From the NCBI GenBank assembly GCA_018825385.1, contig JAHJEX010000071.1, positions 1,547 to 65,546 on the forward strand: a stretch of 64,000 bases of DNA, read 5' to 3'. The notes beneath the pieces are model-generated. The model saw only the letters and a program-made list of their open reading frames with translations, did no database searches and had not been told where the DNA came from. A program made the translations under genes and the position numbers. The DNA is from Patescibacteria group bacterium (GTDB lineage Bacteria > Patescibacteriota > Patescibacteriia > UM-FILTER-42-10). Shown here piece after piece: positions 48,101 to 58,088 of the stretch (the stretch's first letter is position 1; each line of letters begins with the position of its first letter).

Positions 48101-48122
48101 CGTACTTCTGAGTTTCAGACAT
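45111..48122 (-). CDS. leuS: Leucine--tRNA ligase with an internal alpha/beta-hydrolase insertion
   Basis: FPYPS..GLHVGH, GFDAFGLPAEN, FTTRPDT, GTGAIMAVPAHDERD, RDWIFSRQ, KMSKS. Confidence 0.95.
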   Translation of the reverse strand: MSETQKYDHQSIEKKWQEQWEKQKLYATKDDSSKKKFYCLIEFPYPSADGLHVGHPRSYTALDIVARKKRMEGNNVLFPMGFDAFGLPAENYAIKVKKNPADITKKNVERFRLQLKSLGLSFDWSREVVTTDPEYYKWTQWIFLQLYKAGLLYQKEMPINWCPSCKIGLANEEVVAGKCERCGTETGKKNLKQWIFKITQYAQRLIDDLDTVDYLKKIKTQQINWIGKSDGAKVQFRLKDLKYRINVFTTRPDTLFGATYMVLSPEHELVEKLLSEIGNSKEVEKYVKASQNKSDLERTDLAKKKTGVELKGIKAINPASGKEMPVWVADYVLISYGTGAIMAVPAHDERDYEFAKKFNLPIQEVISGGDIKKEFYTGEGKIINSGQFDGLNSKEGIKRITTWIEKEGYGKAEVNYKLRDWIFSRQHYWGEPIPLIHCENCKEREKKTVLIIHGTGNYGRNLWYGWLADELEKLGHEVVAPDMPDPMEPNLDTWLSFLEQYKDKLNENSVIIGHSLGGVAAMQFISKLKKKIGKLILVAPTCRDIDWKAYAKKHPNDPTEYQHKFNQPDIPYDQIHNNTEKIVYFHSDNDHYIPESVPKHYKKVLKADFRMLKGRSHFTILNGGAFTFPEIFEEIVEGSQMPVGIVPVPEKDLPVELPKVKNYEPTDTGESPLAGIKDWVNVKCPKCKGDAKRETDTMPNWAGSSWYFMRYCDPHNAKEFASKKALKYWMPVDLYNGGMEHTTLHLLYSRFWYKALYDLKMVPQPEPYQKRISHGMVLAEDGKKMSKSLGNVVNPDDVIKEYGADTMRMYEMFMGPFAEAIPWDTKGILGVRRFLDKANLLFEKVKKSAEFDRNLVHKTIKKVTEDINEFHFNTAVSALMIMINEMNNQKEVGQEAFEKFLLLLSPFAPHLAEELWKKLGHKESIHLSPWPHFDSNLAKDEEIEFVIQINGKLKDKSMMPTDVTEEDVLQYIERNEKIKKLISDKQVINKIFVPGKLLNIVVK

Positions 48123-48481
48123 ATGAAATAAATTCCTTTCAGAACATTGATTAAAACCCCTATTTATGGTTATTTTAGCACTTTTTGAAGACTTTTGAAA
48201 TCGGTTTTTCCTGAAAAAATGGGGATAAAATGAATTTTTTACTAATTATTTTTGCCAACCTTAGCGAAAATATTACCATATATTCAGAAAATAATTTGAC
48301 AAATAGAAGTGGTCGTGATAGCTTACTCAGTATCCTAAATCATCGTGTATTAACAATATGGTTTAGAGATAAAACTATGCAATACTAAAAAACCAACAGC
48401 TATTTTCTAACCGTTAGAACATGGCTTTTAATTTGGGAGAGAACTATTAGTATCCAAATCAAAAAAACGCTTAGTCATATA

Positions 48482-49771
48482 TTGGTAATCTTCTTGAAAG
48501 GATTAATCTATCTCAAGAGAATACTTTTCTTTTTAGGGAAATACATTTTAGCCATACCCATACAAAAAGTAGGAAATTTTGTTTTCTATTTTTTAATTGT
48601 CAGAATGTATAAAGTATATCTCAATATTAAATCTCAGCTTGGATCAATTTACCGTCCCGCAAAAGGAAAATTTCTATATTCGCTTACTACTCGGTATGTT
48701 GTCCATGCAATAATTATTCTTCTTACAATTATTGTTACTACCAGCAATCTAAACGCTAAAGAGCTAAACACTGAAGTTGGACAGAATAATATTCTTGCTA
48801 CTCTTATTCAGCCTCAAAGTGAAGAACTGTATATGGAAACTTCCGAATCTACGACTGAGGGCAATTCAGTATTTACAGAATCGACAGGAAGCGTAGTAAG
48901 TGCACAAACTATTGGCAATGACAAGATTGCATTTGAAGAAAGTGCTTCTATTACCGCTGAGGGGGCAATTGTAAAACCTAACTTAATTGCCACTACTATT
49001 GGTGACCGTGTGCGCGAGTCTGTTATTTATCATGATGTACAACCCGGAGAAACTGTAAGTGAAATTGCATCATTGTACAAAATATCTACTAACACTATCC
49101 TTTGGGAAAATGAACTTGGTGCCAGAGACTTTATTAAGCCAGGGCAACAACTCACAATTCTACCAACCTCCGGCATTTCATATCAGATAAAGTCTGGTGA
49201 TACGCTAGAGAAAATTGCTGATAAATATGGAGTAACGGTAGATGACATAGTCGAATACAATCAACTAGCTTCTGCTGAGGCTATTTCAAAGGACCAAATT
49301 ATCCTCCTGGATGGAGGGGAACCGCCCGCACCACCCGCACCTGCAATACAGCCAAGTTCTCGTTTTGCCTCTGTTTCTGATTTCTTTGTTCCATCTAGTG
49401 CCACACCAACATATGGAACAAAACTGCAGTGGCCAACACCCAGCCATCGTATTAACCAGTACTACGGCTGGCGACACACAGGAATTGATATCGATGGCAC
49501 AACTGCATCACCAAACTACGCTGCCGATACCGGTCGTGTTATCTATTCTGGTTGGTCAGGTGGATATGGATTAATGGTGAAGGTTGATCATGGAAATGGA
49601 ATGCAGACACTTTATGGACATTTTAGCAAAATATTTGTTAATGTTGGTGATACCGTTAGTAGGGGCCAAACGTTGGGAATGATGGGTTGTACAGGTTGGT
49701 GTACTGGAAACCATCTACATTTTGAAGTGATTGTTGGCGGAAGAAAGCAAAACCCACTAAGTTATTTATAA
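48482..49771 (+). CDS. LysM-repeat M23 peptidoglycan endopeptidase
   Basis: Two LysM domains (VQPGETVSEIA, IKSGDTLEKIA); HTGID, YGH, HLHFEV; start uncertain. Confidence 0.9.
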   Translation: MVIFLKGLIYLKRILFFLGKYILAIPIQKVGNFVFYFLIVRMYKVYLNIKSQLGSIYRPAKGKFLYSLTTRYVVHAIIILLTIIVTTSNLNAKELNTEVGQNNILATLIQPQSEELYMETSESTTEGNSVFTESTGSVVSAQTIGNDKIAFEESASITAEGAIVKPNLIATTIGDRVRESVIYHDVQPGETVSEIASLYKISTNTILWENELGARDFIKPGQQLTILPTSGISYQIKSGDTLEKIADKYGVTVDDIVEYNQLASAEAISKDQIILLDGGEPPAPPAPAIQPSSRFASVSDFFVPSSATPTYGTKLQWPTPSHRINQYYGWRHTGIDIDGTTASPNYAADTGRVIYSGWSGGYGLMVKVDHGNGMQTLYGHFSKIFVNVGDTVSRGQTLGMMGCTGWCTGNHLHFEVIVGGRKQNPLSYL

Positions 49772-49775
49772 ATAC

Positions 49776-49818
49776 AAAAGCGCCCCCACACTTATAGTAA
49801 GCGTGGGGGCGCTTTTTT
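49776..49818 (+). terminator. Intrinsic terminator / dispersed repeat copy A
   Basis: AAAAGCGCCCCCAC...GTGGGGGCGCTTTTTT. Confidence 0.8.
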
Positions 49819-49846
49819 GATTAGGAAATGATATAATAAATCCACT

Positions 49847-50506
49847 ATGGGAAACTTATATACTGTCGCAACACCAATTGGCAATTTAGAAGATATTACC
49901 TTTAGAGCAATCAACATTCTTAAGGAAGTTAACCTTATTGCTTGTGAGGATACAAGGCATACTTTGAAATTGCTAAACCATTATGATATTAGTAAGCCGT
50001 TAATCAGCTACCACCAGCACAGTAAAGTATCTAAAATTGATCATTTGATTGAGGAATTAAAAGCCGGAAAAGATATTGCCATAGTTACTGACGCGGGCAC
50101 ACCTGGCATTTCCGATCCTGGGCAAGTTCTGATCAGCAAAGCTGTGGAAAAAGGAATAAGGGTAATACCAATCCCCGGGCCTTCTGCTGTGATTGCAGCG
50201 CTTTCTGCCGCCGGAGTGCCTACTGATGCATTTATATTTCTAGGATTCCTTCCGCTGAAAAAAGGCAGAAAGAGAATAATTGAATCCTTTAAGGATGAAA
50301 AAAGAACAATTGTTTTGTATGAATCCCCTCATCGAATAGAAAAACTGCTTGGAGAATTAAAAGATGTATTGGAAGATAGAAAAATTGTGGTAGCTCGTGA
50401 ACTGACTAAAATGTTTGAAGAGATAATCAGAGGCACTGTGTCAGAAGTTCAAGAAAGATTAAAAATAATAAAAGGAGAGTTTGTGGTAATAGTCAGTGCA
50501 AAATAA
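49847..50506 (+). CDS. rsmI: 16S rRNA C1402 2'-O-methyltransferase
   Basis: ATPIGNLEDIT, ACEDTR, DAGTPGISDPG, YESPHR, ARELTK. Confidence 0.95.
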   Translation: MGNLYTVATPIGNLEDITFRAINILKEVNLIACEDTRHTLKLLNHYDISKPLISYHQHSKVSKIDHLIEELKAGKDIAIVTDAGTPGISDPGQVLISKAVEKGIRVIPIPGPSAVIAALSAAGVPTDAFIFLGFLPLKKGRKRIIESFKDEKRTIVLYESPHRIEKLLGELKDVLEDRKIVVARELTKMFEEIIRGTVSEVQERLKIIKGEFVVIVSAK

Positions 50507-50510
50507 AAAT

Positions 50511-50590
50511 GTCATTCTGAATGTCTCGACCGTGCTAGACACGGGCTCATTTCAGAATCTCTGGGGATGCTGAAACAAGTTCAGCATGAC
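50511..50590. repeat. Palindromic intergenic element (GTCAT...ATGAC type)
   Basis: GTCATTCTGAA...TTCAGAATC and GATGCTGAA-ACAAG-TTCAGCATGAC. Confidence 0.7.
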
Positions 50591-50614
50591 CGATGGATAG
50601 ACCATAAGAGTATC

Positions 50615-50649
50615 AAAAAAGAGCCGGGATCTACTTCAGCTCTTTTTTT
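50615..50649. terminator. Bidirectional terminator
   Basis: AAAAAAGAGC...GCTCTTTTTTT between convergent genes. Confidence 0.65.
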
Positions 50650-50657
50650 GCTTCTGA

Positions 50658-51578
50658 CTATTCAGTGAATTGGAAGCTTGCGCGCACCTTCTCTTCTGTT
50701 GAGTCAATCTCCTGATCACCAAGGAATTCAAGACCAAGATACTGTTCAGCTACAGGAACTACATCAGCAACAGTTTCAGATCCACAACTTGGGCCGTCAC
50801 AATACTGATAAATAAAACGATTACCATTAATACCACCCAGAGAAATTACACTATCAGCTGAATTATCAAACCATGTAGGATATTCAGAACGAATTCTAGT
50901 CGAAAGAGTGCTTTGCCCTGTTTCGTCCGTCCAGTAGACATTCTCATTCGTGCTCATTTCAATAATATCCCAATCAGGCGGATAATTTAATGTGTATCCA
51001 TACACATTATTTGTATATGTCTGCCAATCATCAGTTCCAGAAGAATCAATTACTACGGTATTAGTATTAACGGTTGATTCTTCTTCTACTTTCAAACACC
51101 GACCGTCAATACATTGTGCCTCATATTGTGCATATGATTCATCATAATAACATGGGCTAAATGAAACTGGACATTTTGGAGATGCATTACAATTTGATTC
51201 AAATTCGTCAAGATAAGATTCAAACGATTCATTATTTACACTAATCCATCTATCATCACTGCGTGTAGTACAATTGGGTAATTTAGTACAACACGGGAAG
51301 TACTTATTTGTCTCAGTAAATGCAAGCGTACAGTCATCATCAACTAAGCACGAGGTTGAGACTGAAGTAAGATTACTGTCCTTAATACTGCTGGTGTTAA
51401 CATTTACTTCTTCATTAGTGTTCTGATTCACGATTTTTGAATTACTATTTATAGCACTAGTAGTCTCACTAGAATCATTTTGAGCAACAATATACCATAT
51501 ACCCCCTCCAGTAATTGCCAATATTAGAACAATAATAACTGCAGCTACTACAGGAGTCAGTCCTTTTTGATTGAGCAT
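50658..51578 (-). CDS. Prepilin-like-leader surface protein with a Cys-rich module and a PsbP-like domain
   Basis: NQKGLT plus hydrophobic helix; WQTYTNNVYGYTLNYPPDW. Confidence 0.7.
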   Translation of the reverse strand: MLNQKGLTPVVAAVIIVLILAITGGGIWYIVAQNDSSETTSAINSNSKIVNQNTNEEVNVNTSSIKDSNLTSVSTSCLVDDDCTLAFTETNKYFPCCTKLPNCTTRSDDRWISVNNESFESYLDEFESNCNASPKCPVSFSPCYYDESYAQYEAQCIDGRCLKVEEESTVNTNTVVIDSSGTDDWQTYTNNVYGYTLNYPPDWDIIEMSTNENVYWTDETGQSTLSTRIRSEYPTWFDNSADSVISLGGINGNRFIYQYCDGPSCGSETVADVVPVAEQYLGLEFLGDQEIDSTEEKVRASFQFTE

Positions 51579-51596
51579 AGTTTTGGGTTTTTATAC

Positions 51597-52376
51597 TTAG
51601 TTTGTGAATTGGAAGGTTTCCAGTAATTCAGAACCATAATTAAGCTGCTCTGTATTGTTGTCAGGCAGAACAACACGATATTGTACACCATTGTTTTCCA
51701 GATAAACCGAGGTCCACTGTCCATATGGACCATCAAAAACATTCTTCGTGCCTTGAACTCCATTAACATTAATTTCCTCTGAAGAAATCAAACTCACTTC
51801 AGGTGAGTCTAAAACTGAAGTAGAATCGTCACTCTGGTATGTCACAACCACTGCATATATATCGTCTGGATATCCTTCCGAAGCAAGTGGCATAAAATCC
51901 ATATAATCAGCACGATTCCAAAAGCTGGTTTGCCATCCATTTTCGTCTTCAGCACCAGTAGTAGAATCCGTCCTTACGATCAAAGCGTTGGAAGGGTATT
52001 GGATAGACCAGCCTTGTGTCTGATTGGTATAGGTTTCCCAGTTATCGGCCGTAGAAGTATTAGTATCTACCTCTACGGTGGTGTTAGTATTTGCTTCACT
52101 ATTTACGTTTTGATTTAATTCCACGTTAGTATTAGTGATAACTTCCGTAAAAGTTACCCCCTCCACTGAACACTGCCTCGGGTAACTTTCCATAGCAGGA
52201 TTTCCGGCTGCAATACAATCTTCAAATGAATCAATTACTGTAGTAGCATTGGTGTTTGTAGCAGTATCATCTGAATTAACAAAGAAAAACCACCAAACAC
52301 CTAAAAAAACAACCGCAGCTGCTACAAATGATAATACTGCAATTATAATATGGGTAAACCCTTTTTGGTTAATCAT
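51597..52376 (-). CDS. Prepilin-like-leader surface protein with a PsbP-like domain
   Basis: NQKGFT plus helix; SFEDCIAAGNPAMESYPRQC; WETYTNQTQGWSIQYP. Confidence 0.7.
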   Translation of the reverse strand: MINQKGFTHIIIAVLSFVAAAVVFLGVWWFFFVNSDDTATNTNATTVIDSFEDCIAAGNPAMESYPRQCSVEGVTFTEVITNTNVELNQNVNSEANTNTTVEVDTNTSTADNWETYTNQTQGWSIQYPSNALIVRTDSTTGAEDENGWQTSFWNRADYMDFMPLASEGYPDDIYAVVVTYQSDDSTSVLDSPEVSLISSEEINVNGVQGTKNVFDGPYGQWTSVYLENNGVQYRVVLPDNNTEQLNYGSELLETFQFTN

Positions 52377-52386
52377 TTTTTGCTAA

Positions 52387-53544
52387 TTAATTGTTGATTA
52401 GTTGAAATGAATTATAAAATGTTTCAAATTCGGCATTACGTCCCGCACCGTCATTAATAGCATAAAGCGTATCACTGTCTTCTAGGAAGATTTGTATGTG
52501 TTGCCAGCCGATTATTGTTTCAGTAGTGACCGTTACCTTTGTTGCTTGTTTCCCTCCAACTGTAATTCTTTCCCTTATTTCCTTACGATCAGAAAACTGA
52601 TCACCCATTTTTGCAATCAAAGCATCTTCACCGGTTGAATTGGCACTATAGAGTAAAACAGACCACAAACTGTCACTAATTATTTCTGGCGCAGAAAAAG
52701 TAATAGTTTCTAAAGCAAGATCTGAACCAGATATATCAGCCCGTGCTTCCCATCCACTGGGGTATTGCAATGCAAAATTAGTGTGCGTATATGACTGCCA
52801 ATCATTCTCATCTGATTTGCTTACTAATTTGAATGCTACTATGATATCTTCAAAAATTGGGTAATTAGTATCATCAGAAGCGTTCAGGTCATAGATCCTT
52901 CCATCAAACTCCACTACATAATGGACTCTATTTAAACCAATGGCTGTGCTAAAAACCAGTTTTCTTCCTTTTTGTTGTGAAATTGTAATTTCCTCATCAG
53001 ATATTGGTATGCCGTCTGATAACTGATAGTCTACATTCGTAGATGAAGGCGGATCAATATAGGATATCTGCAAATTATTTACATATGTAGCGACTGTTTG
53101 CTCCGATATTCTGATATTGATAAGTGGCAAGGAAGAGTTTTCAGAAGACCCTATCCATATATCTTCATCATTACTGTCATCATGTATAGAAAAATTAGAG
53201 GGATAGAGAAAAGTAAATCTTTTGTTTTCATCTGTATATTCCTGCCAATTATCTGGAACAGTAGAACTATTAATATTAGCATTGGCTTTGACCTTCGCGC
53301 ATTCACAGCTACATGCACCATTTATTAGTTTATAACTACTGACTGTCCCTGTTTCACAAACCGCTTCTTCCTGACATTTACCAATGCATTCTGTTATTAT
53401 ATTCTTTGAAGGATCCAGATTCTCTTCCACATAATTATTGAAATACCACAAAACACCAAAAGCCAAACCGGTAACTATGGCAACCATGATAAATGCAATA
53501 GAAACTGCGAGAAAAATGTGAATGTAGTTTGTTTGACCCTTCAT
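52387..53544 (-). CDS. Membrane-anchored protein with two PsbP-like domains
   Basis: MKGQ plus TM; WQEYTDENKRFTFLYP and WQSYTHTNFALQYPSGW. Confidence 0.7.
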   Translation of the reverse strand: MKGQTNYIHIFLAVSIAFIMVAIVTGLAFGVLWYFNNYVEENLDPSKNIITECIGKCQEEAVCETGTVSSYKLINGACSCECAKVKANANINSSTVPDNWQEYTDENKRFTFLYPSNFSIHDDSNDEDIWIGSSENSSLPLINIRISEQTVATYVNNLQISYIDPPSSTNVDYQLSDGIPISDEEITISQQKGRKLVFSTAIGLNRVHYVVEFDGRIYDLNASDDTNYPIFEDIIVAFKLVSKSDENDWQSYTHTNFALQYPSGWEARADISGSDLALETITFSAPEIISDSLWSVLLYSANSTGEDALIAKMGDQFSDRKEIRERITVGGKQATKVTVTTETIIGWQHIQIFLEDSDTLYAINDGAGRNAEFETFYNSFQLINN

Positions 53545-53593
53545 GTTGTGATGGTAAATATACTCCTTCAGTATATACCATTTATTCTATTTC

Positions 53594-55114
53594 TTACAGC
53601 TTCATTCTGTACTGCAGAGCTTCGGCAATATGTTGAGTTTGAATTTTTTCTTCCTGCTCTATGTCAGCGATAGTTCTGGCCACTTTCAAAACTCTAAAAT
53701 ATGCGCGTGCTGATAGTGGAAATTTTTCTACAGCTTGCTTTAGAAGAGCTTGGGCCTCTTTGTTTGCATGGCAATAGCGAATTATCTCTTTTTGAGTCAT
53801 TTCAGAATTTTCCAGTAATCCACTTTCCTGTAAACGGTTCCTTTGGATGGATCGTGCTTTTCTGGTTTTTTCTCTAATTTCAATTGTCTCCTGGAGTGAG
53901 CTAGGTTTTTTTACAAGTTCAGAAAATTCTACTCTGGCCACTTCCACTTGCAAATCCATTCTGTCTAATAACGGTCCGGATATTCTTTTTTGATAATTTA
54001 TAATTTGGTTTGGAGAACATCGACACTCTTGTTTGGGATCAGAAATAAAACCGCATGGGCAAGGATTAGCAGCAGTGATTAACATAAACTTTGCCGGAAA
54101 TTGTATTGTTCCAGAGACCCTAGAGACTGTTACTTTCCCATCCTCCAAAGGTTGGCGAAGGCTTTCCAAAACAATTCTTGGAAATTCCGGAAGCTCATCC
54201 AGAAAAAGTACTCCTCTGTGAGATAAGGAAATTTCTCCCGGCTTTGGGGATATGCCACCGCCAATCAGAGCAGCGGCAGATGCGCTGTGATGTGGACTAC
54301 GAAAAGGTCGCTTAGTAATTAAAGATCCACCTTCAGCAAGCATTTTAACTACACTGTAAATTCTTGTTACTTCCAACATTTCTGAACTCTCCAAGGCCGG
54401 AAGAATTGAAATTATACTTCTGGCTAGCATAGTTTTTCCAGTACCTGGAGGACCGGTCATAAAGAGGTTATGCCCTCCTGCTGCGGCAATAGTAAGAGCC
54501 CGCTTTGCAAACTCTTGGCCTCTCACATGAGAAAAGGTGTCGTCTATATTCCCGTCTTCTTTTTGCTTGGCAATATAGTATGGCGTTGGCATAACTACCC
54601 GTTTCTTTTTGAGGTGATTTACTAGCTGAATAAGTGATGAAATGGGAAAAACATTCACTCCAGAAATAACACGCGCCTCTTCTATATTTTCTGCAGGGAG
54701 AAATATGTTTTTGATATTGTTTTGTTTAGCCATCATGACAACTGATAAAACACCGCTAATCCTGCGAACATTTCCATCTAATGCCAACTCTCCGATAAAT
54801 ACTGACTTTTCACAGGGAAGATCTAAATCTACACCCCTTGTCGCCAGAAGTATTCCTAAAGCTATTGGCAAATCAAAAGATGACCCTTCTTTTTTTAGAT
54901 CAGCAGGTGCCAAATTCACAGTTACTCTTGTTTTGGGAAAGGGAAAGCCGCTGTTAATAATGGCCGATCGAACCCTTATTTTTGCTTCCTGAACAGCTGC
55001 ATCCGGTAATCCTACAACAATCAAATTGGGAAGCCCAGAAGCAACGTCCACCTCTATTTCAATGATTTGGCTCTCTATGCCGATTAAGGCAGCAGAATAT
55101 AATTTTGATGGCAT
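53594..55114 (-). CDS. comM: ComM/YifB Mg-chelatase-like AAA+ ATPase
   Basis: VGLPD, NLAPADLKKEG, GPPGTGKT, PFRSPHHS, LFLDELPEF, NPCPCG. Confidence 0.93.
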   Translation of the reverse strand: MPSKLYSAALIGIESQIIEIEVDVASGLPNLIVVGLPDAAVQEAKIRVRSAIINSGFPFPKTRVTVNLAPADLKKEGSSFDLPIALGILLATRGVDLDLPCEKSVFIGELALDGNVRRISGVLSVVMMAKQNNIKNIFLPAENIEEARVISGVNVFPISSLIQLVNHLKKKRVVMPTPYYIAKQKEDGNIDDTFSHVRGQEFAKRALTIAAAGGHNLFMTGPPGTGKTMLARSIISILPALESSEMLEVTRIYSVVKMLAEGGSLITKRPFRSPHHSASAAALIGGGISPKPGEISLSHRGVLFLDELPEFPRIVLESLRQPLEDGKVTVSRVSGTIQFPAKFMLITAANPCPCGFISDPKQECRCSPNQIINYQKRISGPLLDRMDLQVEVARVEFSELVKKPSSLQETIEIREKTRKARSIQRNRLQESGLLENSEMTQKEIIRYCHANKEAQALLKQAVEKFPLSARAYFRVLKVARTIADIEQEEKIQTQHIAEALQYRMKL

Positions 55115-55208
55115 TTTAAATTTAATAAATAAAAACAGGCGCTAAGAACGCCCATTTGTTCGCATTTATTACCTGTATAGTATCACTCCGTGGACCATCC
55201 AGTCAAGC

Positions 55209-56780
55209 TTATATTGGTCCAGCTGATCGGATCTCATCTGGAGCTTCTTTAAATTTTTCAAAATTATCCTTAAATAGCTTTGCCAATTCTCTCGCCTTTT
55301 TTTCATAACTACTTTTATCTTCCCAGGTATTAATTGGATTCAGAATTTCTGAAGGAACTGACGGACATGTTTTAGGCATATCCAGATTGAATAAAGGATG
55401 TTTTTGATATTCAATCTTTTCTAACTCCCCCTCTAAGGCAGCGGTCACCATTGCTCTAGTAAGTTTTATTGAAATTCTTTCACCAGTTCCATAAGGGCCG
55501 CCAGACCAGCCAGTATTGATTAAAAAAACATTCGCGCCATACTTAGAGATATATTTCCTTAACAGGCTAGCATAGATCATTGGTTTCGAAGGCATGAATG
55601 GTTCGCCAAAAAAAGCAGAGAAAGTTGCCTGCGGCTCTTTGATTCCTCTTTCTGTTCCGGCCAGCTTGCTGGTATAACCGGACATAAAATGATACATAGC
55701 CTGCTCATGATTTAGTTTTGAAACAGGAGGAAGAACACCAAAGGCATCTGCAGTAAGAAAGATAATGGTTTTTGGATGTCCACCCATACCAGACAGTTCT
55801 GCATTGGGTATAAAATCAACTGGATACGCAACTCTGGTATTTTCAGTCATGGAAGAATCTGCAAAATCATATTCTTTAGTTTTGGGATCCATTACAACAT
55901 TTTCCACAACTGCACCAGTTTTAATGGCATCATATATTTGCGGTTCGTTTTCTCTAGTTAGATTAATACACTTAGCATAACAACCTCCTTCAAAATTAAA
56001 TATACCTTCCGGAGACCAGCCGTGTTCATCGTCTCCAATTAATTTGCGGTTAGGATCAGCAGATAAAGTAGTTTTTCCCGTACCAGAAAGTCCAAAGAAA
56101 AGAGCAGTGGCACCGTCTTTGCCGATATTTGCCGAGCAATGCATCGGAAGAATATCTTTCTGGGGTAGAAGATAGTTCATTACTGTAAACAAAGATTTTT
56201 TTATTTCACCGGTGTATCGAGAAGTTCCAATTAATACAATTTTTTCTTTAAAATTGATTAAAATAAACGCTTTAGAATTAACACCATGTTCTTTAGGATC
56301 AGCTTCACAATTCGGTGCAACCAAAACTGTAAATCCAGGGTTGTGTGACGACAATTCTTCTGATGTGGGCCTTCGCAAAAGTTGTCCAATAGCAAGATTG
56401 TGATAAGCAAATTCATTTACTACCTTTACCGGTAGTGAATGCCTAGGATCTGCTCCGATAAATCCGTCAAAAATAAATAACTCCTTAGCTTTTGAAAGAT
56501 GACTAATCATATGATTATAGAGTCTTTTGTAATTCTCAAAAGAAATAGGTATATTTGTTTTTCCCCAGTTTATTTTGTCATGCACCAAAGGATCATCTAC
56601 GATAAAGCGGTCATCTGGAGAGCGACCGGTATATTTACCGGTTTTTACTGTGAGTGCCCCGGTTTTATTTAGTTCTCCCTCTTCCCGCTCGAGAGACTTT
56701 TTTAATGATTTATCAACACTAATATTTTTATGAAGTTTTCCCTTAAACTTAATTCCTAGTTGTTTTAGTCGAGTAGGCAT
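55209..56780 (-). CDS. pckA: Phosphoenolpyruvate carboxykinase (ATP)
   Basis: TGRSP, YTGEIKK, MHCSAN, FFGLSGTGKTTLS, LIGDDEHGW, EGGCYAK, ENTR. Confidence 0.95.
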   Translation of the reverse strand: MPTRLKQLGIKFKGKLHKNISVDKSLKKSLEREEGELNKTGALTVKTGKYTGRSPDDRFIVDDPLVHDKINWGKTNIPISFENYKRLYNHMISHLSKAKELFIFDGFIGADPRHSLPVKVVNEFAYHNLAIGQLLRRPTSEELSSHNPGFTVLVAPNCEADPKEHGVNSKAFILINFKEKIVLIGTSRYTGEIKKSLFTVMNYLLPQKDILPMHCSANIGKDGATALFFGLSGTGKTTLSADPNRKLIGDDEHGWSPEGIFNFEGGCYAKCINLTRENEPQIYDAIKTGAVVENVVMDPKTKEYDFADSSMTENTRVAYPVDFIPNAELSGMGGHPKTIIFLTADAFGVLPPVSKLNHEQAMYHFMSGYTSKLAGTERGIKEPQATFSAFFGEPFMPSKPMIYASLLRKYISKYGANVFLINTGWSGGPYGTGERISIKLTRAMVTAALEGELEKIEYQKHPLFNLDMPKTCPSVPSEILNPINTWEDKSSYEKKARELAKLFKDNFEKFKEAPDEIRSAGPI

Positions 56781-56781
56781 A

Positions 56782-58080
56782 TTATTTTTCTTTATCCTGA
56801 CAGGCAAGATAGATATTGTTAAATACGTCCTTCAATTTTTTTTGTGCTAAAGATGAATAGGCAATTCTTAAATAATTATTAACAGCAATTATCCCAGTAT
56901 CATATGATTCCAATAGATGTTTTCTTATTTCCTCAGCATCCAGTTTTCCCGATAAAGCCAGGCACATGAAATAGCCAGAATTATAAGGCAGTGGTTTAAA
57001 ATATTTTTCATACTGGGGATTGTCAGAGATAACTTTTTTTATTTCTTCATACCTGGATCTTAATATTTTTTTTCTTTCTGTTTTTTCCTCTTCGTATTTT
57101 TCTTTATCAAAAGCTTGCAGAATTAAGGACTGCGATAAATGTGATACATTAGAAATAGTTGCCCGTACTGCACCTGCTGCTTTATCTTCTAAAGCATTAT
57201 AAAGTTCTGGACTGCCATTTTTGCAGCCAAAGGTTACAAACCCGACTCTTAAACCCCAAGCATAATCCTCTTTAGTGATACCGTCTATTTTCACAGCCAA
57301 TATGTTTTCGCTTAGCTTATAGAATTTCGAGAAGATCGATTCTTCTGACACCCCCGGCTCATATACTAATCCAAAATAGGCATCATCACTTATCACTATT
57401 ACATTTTGCTTTTTTGAATACTCTGATACTGCATTTACAATTGCCTTGGTTTCTTCATTAGTAGGAGTATAGCCAGAGGGATTGTTTGGGAAATTCAAAA
57501 GGATAACTTTTTTAGGCCCACCTGCATTTAATTTTTCTCTAAGTCCTTTGATATTAAACTTACCGTCTTTAAAAAGAGGGAAAGTTATAATCTTTGAGCC
57601 GAAGGTAATATTAAAGGTTAAGTTATAATTTCCCCAATAAGGTTCCGGCATGATAATTTCTGTGTTTGCATCCATAAATAGGTAGCCAACTACATTCAGT
57701 CCATGAGTTAAAGCGCTAGTTACCACTGGCATGCTTATATTAGACTGCTCGATCGTTGGATTTTTTGAAACAATCTTTTTTTGCCAAGACTCTCTTAGCT
57801 TTTTACTGCCAAAGCTGGAAGCATATGGAAAAACTAATTCATCATCAATCGAAATTTCTCCTGACATACAGTCTAAACACATGATAGAACCGTTATCATT
57901 GCAAGCCATACCAATAGTGGCATTCAGCTCCTTCCCTTTCGCTTCTGCAGTTTGGCCTAAGATTCCTGCGTGGGGGAAGAAAATTTCTCTGCCCCTTTCC
58001 GACAGTAGATTGAATATAACTGCACTAGAATGCTGGATTGCTTCATTAAGCTTTGTTGCTTGTGGATTTAATTCTGGCAT
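56782..58080 (-). CDS. Class I/II PLP-dependent aminotransferase
   Basis: NATIG, NFPNNPSGY, DDAYFG, DGITKEDYAWGLRVG, LRIAY. Confidence 0.88.
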   Translation of the reverse strand: MPELNPQATKLNEAIQHSSAVIFNLLSERGREIFFPHAGILGQTAEAKGKELNATIGMACNDNGSIMCLDCMSGEISIDDELVFPYASSFGSKKLRESWQKKIVSKNPTIEQSNISMPVVTSALTHGLNVVGYLFMDANTEIIMPEPYWGNYNLTFNITFGSKIITFPLFKDGKFNIKGLREKLNAGGPKKVILLNFPNNPSGYTPTNEETKAIVNAVSEYSKKQNVIVISDDAYFGLVYEPGVSEESIFSKFYKLSENILAVKIDGITKEDYAWGLRVGFVTFGCKNGSPELYNALEDKAAGAVRATISNVSHLSQSLILQAFDKEKYEEEKTERKKILRSRYEEIKKVISDNPQYEKYFKPLPYNSGYFMCLALSGKLDAEEIRKHLLESYDTGIIAVNNYLRIAYSSLAQKKLKDVFNNIYLACQDKEK

Positions 58081-58088
58081 AATACATA

